A DNA stretch of 64,000 nt, taken from IMG/VR virus record IMGVR_UViG_3300033066_001295, positions 96,001-160,000 of that record, one strand, 5' to 3'. The DNA is from a virus. Its lineage: Duplodnaviria; Caudoviricetes. Below the pieces are notes generated by a model. The model did no database searches and was not told where the DNA came from. It worked only from the letters and a program-made list of their open reading frames with translations. This document shows positions 63,139-64,000 of this stretch, piece by piece (position 1 is the stretch's first letter; each line of letters starts with the position of its first letter). The translations under genes were made by a program, and so were the position numbers.

Positions 63139-63230
63139 TGGCGGGTCAAGGAGGACTTGCACCCCAAACCACTTTCGTGGCTCCAATTGCTTTCCAAGCA
63201 ACGCTGACTCGCTTGTTCAGTTCTTGACCC
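63139..63230 (-). tRNA. tRNA-Ser(GGA)
   Basis: GGGTCAA/TTGACCC-G-CCA; loop TTGGAAA; long variable arm. Confidence 0.85.
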
Positions 63231-63234
63231 AAAA

Positions 63235-63309
63235 TGGTGGAGAATAACGGTTCCGCCCCGTTGACTTCGCGTTGCAAGCGCAATGTGTTACTATTAGCAC
63301 CAATCCCCC
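63235..63309 (-). tRNA. tRNA-Ala(TGC)
   Basis: GGGGGAT/ATTCTCC-A-CCA with G3:U70; loop CTTGCAA. Confidence 0.85.
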
Positions 63310-63449
63310 TTAAAGCCGGTTCTCTCACACCGGAAAGTCACACAACTTTCGTCATCGCAAGAAATAGCTCGGTGCCTCCATCGAGGTCGTCACTACAACT
63401 GCTCCGGGACATGTGTCGTCTTTATCTGCATATCTCCCGATCTGCAAAA

Positions 63450-63524
63450 TGGCCGCTTGAACTGGTAACGCTCCAGTCTTCTCTCCTTTTCAGGGAGGCA
63501 CCCATCTATCTAGGTCATCAAGCG
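63450..63524 (-). tRNA. tRNA-Phe(GAA)
   Basis: CGCTTGA/TCAAGCG-G-CCA; loop CTGAAAA. Confidence 0.75.
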
Positions 63525-63540
63525 AAAATGGTGGCTGTAA

Positions 63541-63614
63541 TGGAGGGCCATGTCGGTAACGCTCCGACTTAGTCTGCTTGGAAGGCAGTTGCACTACTTT
63601 TGTGCTAATGACCC
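63541..63614 (-). tRNA. tRNA-Gly(TCC)
   Basis: GGGTCAT/ATGGCCC-T-CCA; loop CTTCCAA. Confidence 0.85.
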
Positions 63615-64000
63615 ATAATTTGTTGTTGCTCTCTAGCTGCCCGCCTGTCGGCTGCCCGCTTATAGTCCAGACCACAACATCCTGATAAAATCAGAAGGAG
63701 CAAACAAAGACTTCTCCTCATATTACAAAGGACCGTTGGTTATCTCACCATAAAACTCGCCTGCGTACCCATTAATCGCAAACCGCTCTTCTGGCATGGA
63801 CTCGTCCAAAATTACACTCTTACTCTTGAACACTCGTTTGGCTGGGTCGTAATCTGGCAGTGTTTCCAAAATAGCAAACACTTCTGATCCAGCAGTAATT
63901 TCATCGCCCTCAAGTTGACTTAGCAAGGTTCCAAACGAGAGCTTATGCTCAAGAAATGAGATTCTAGGCCACAGATTTAGAGGCAATGTATGCTTATAGC

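Noticed and set aside
62232-63216. TIGR edge-repeat word AAGCGAGYC in both tRNA-Ser D-loops
   Set aside because: Isolated 10-12 nt matches with no loop repeat or periodicity; most simply explained by the A18G19 D-loop and chance.
1102-63572. Most plus-strand ORFs in the ORF track
   Set aside because: They are antisense shadows of minus-strand genes or tRNAs; only 3672, 33276, 44445, 45803 and 55313 have recognisable motifs and free space.
1-64000. Alternative genetic code / stop-codon reassignment
   Set aside because: Long recognisable genes are intact in the standard code, TAA, TAG and TGA all terminate genes, and no suppressor tRNA was seen.

Overview
About 64 kb of a large lytic (jumbo, T4/gp23-type) bacteriophage genome. 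It holds densely packed, mostly minus-strand short accessory ORFs in the standard genetic code. A conserved sigma70-like promoter (TTGACA-N16-TATAGT) recurs 5-8 nt upstream of start codons, implying leaderless mRNAs. The clearest system is TIGR-Tas-like: a nuclease-less Nop-domain (IS110-related) protein at 11175-12092 followed by about 30 units of a 36-37 nt dual-repeat array at 10116-11174. The right half holds an RNA/translation module: Ro60/TROVE, three Y-RNA-like genes fused to tRNA 3' ends, a P-loop kinase, a phosphoesterase, a tmRNA with a 35-aa tag, a hammerhead ribozyme, several unassigned structured RNAs and 16 tRNAs. All 16 tRNAs have a co-varied non-canonical elbow (A18/G55). Also present are a glycosyltransferase/methyltransferase cluster, HNH endonucleases, a QueC-like enzyme, a two-cassette integron-like (attC) fragment, and scattered small ORFs carrying major-capsid (gp23)-like segments, several fused to twin-arginine signal peptides. 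All family assignments come from motif recognition by eye, not database searches. Many short hypothetical ORFs are not listed individually.
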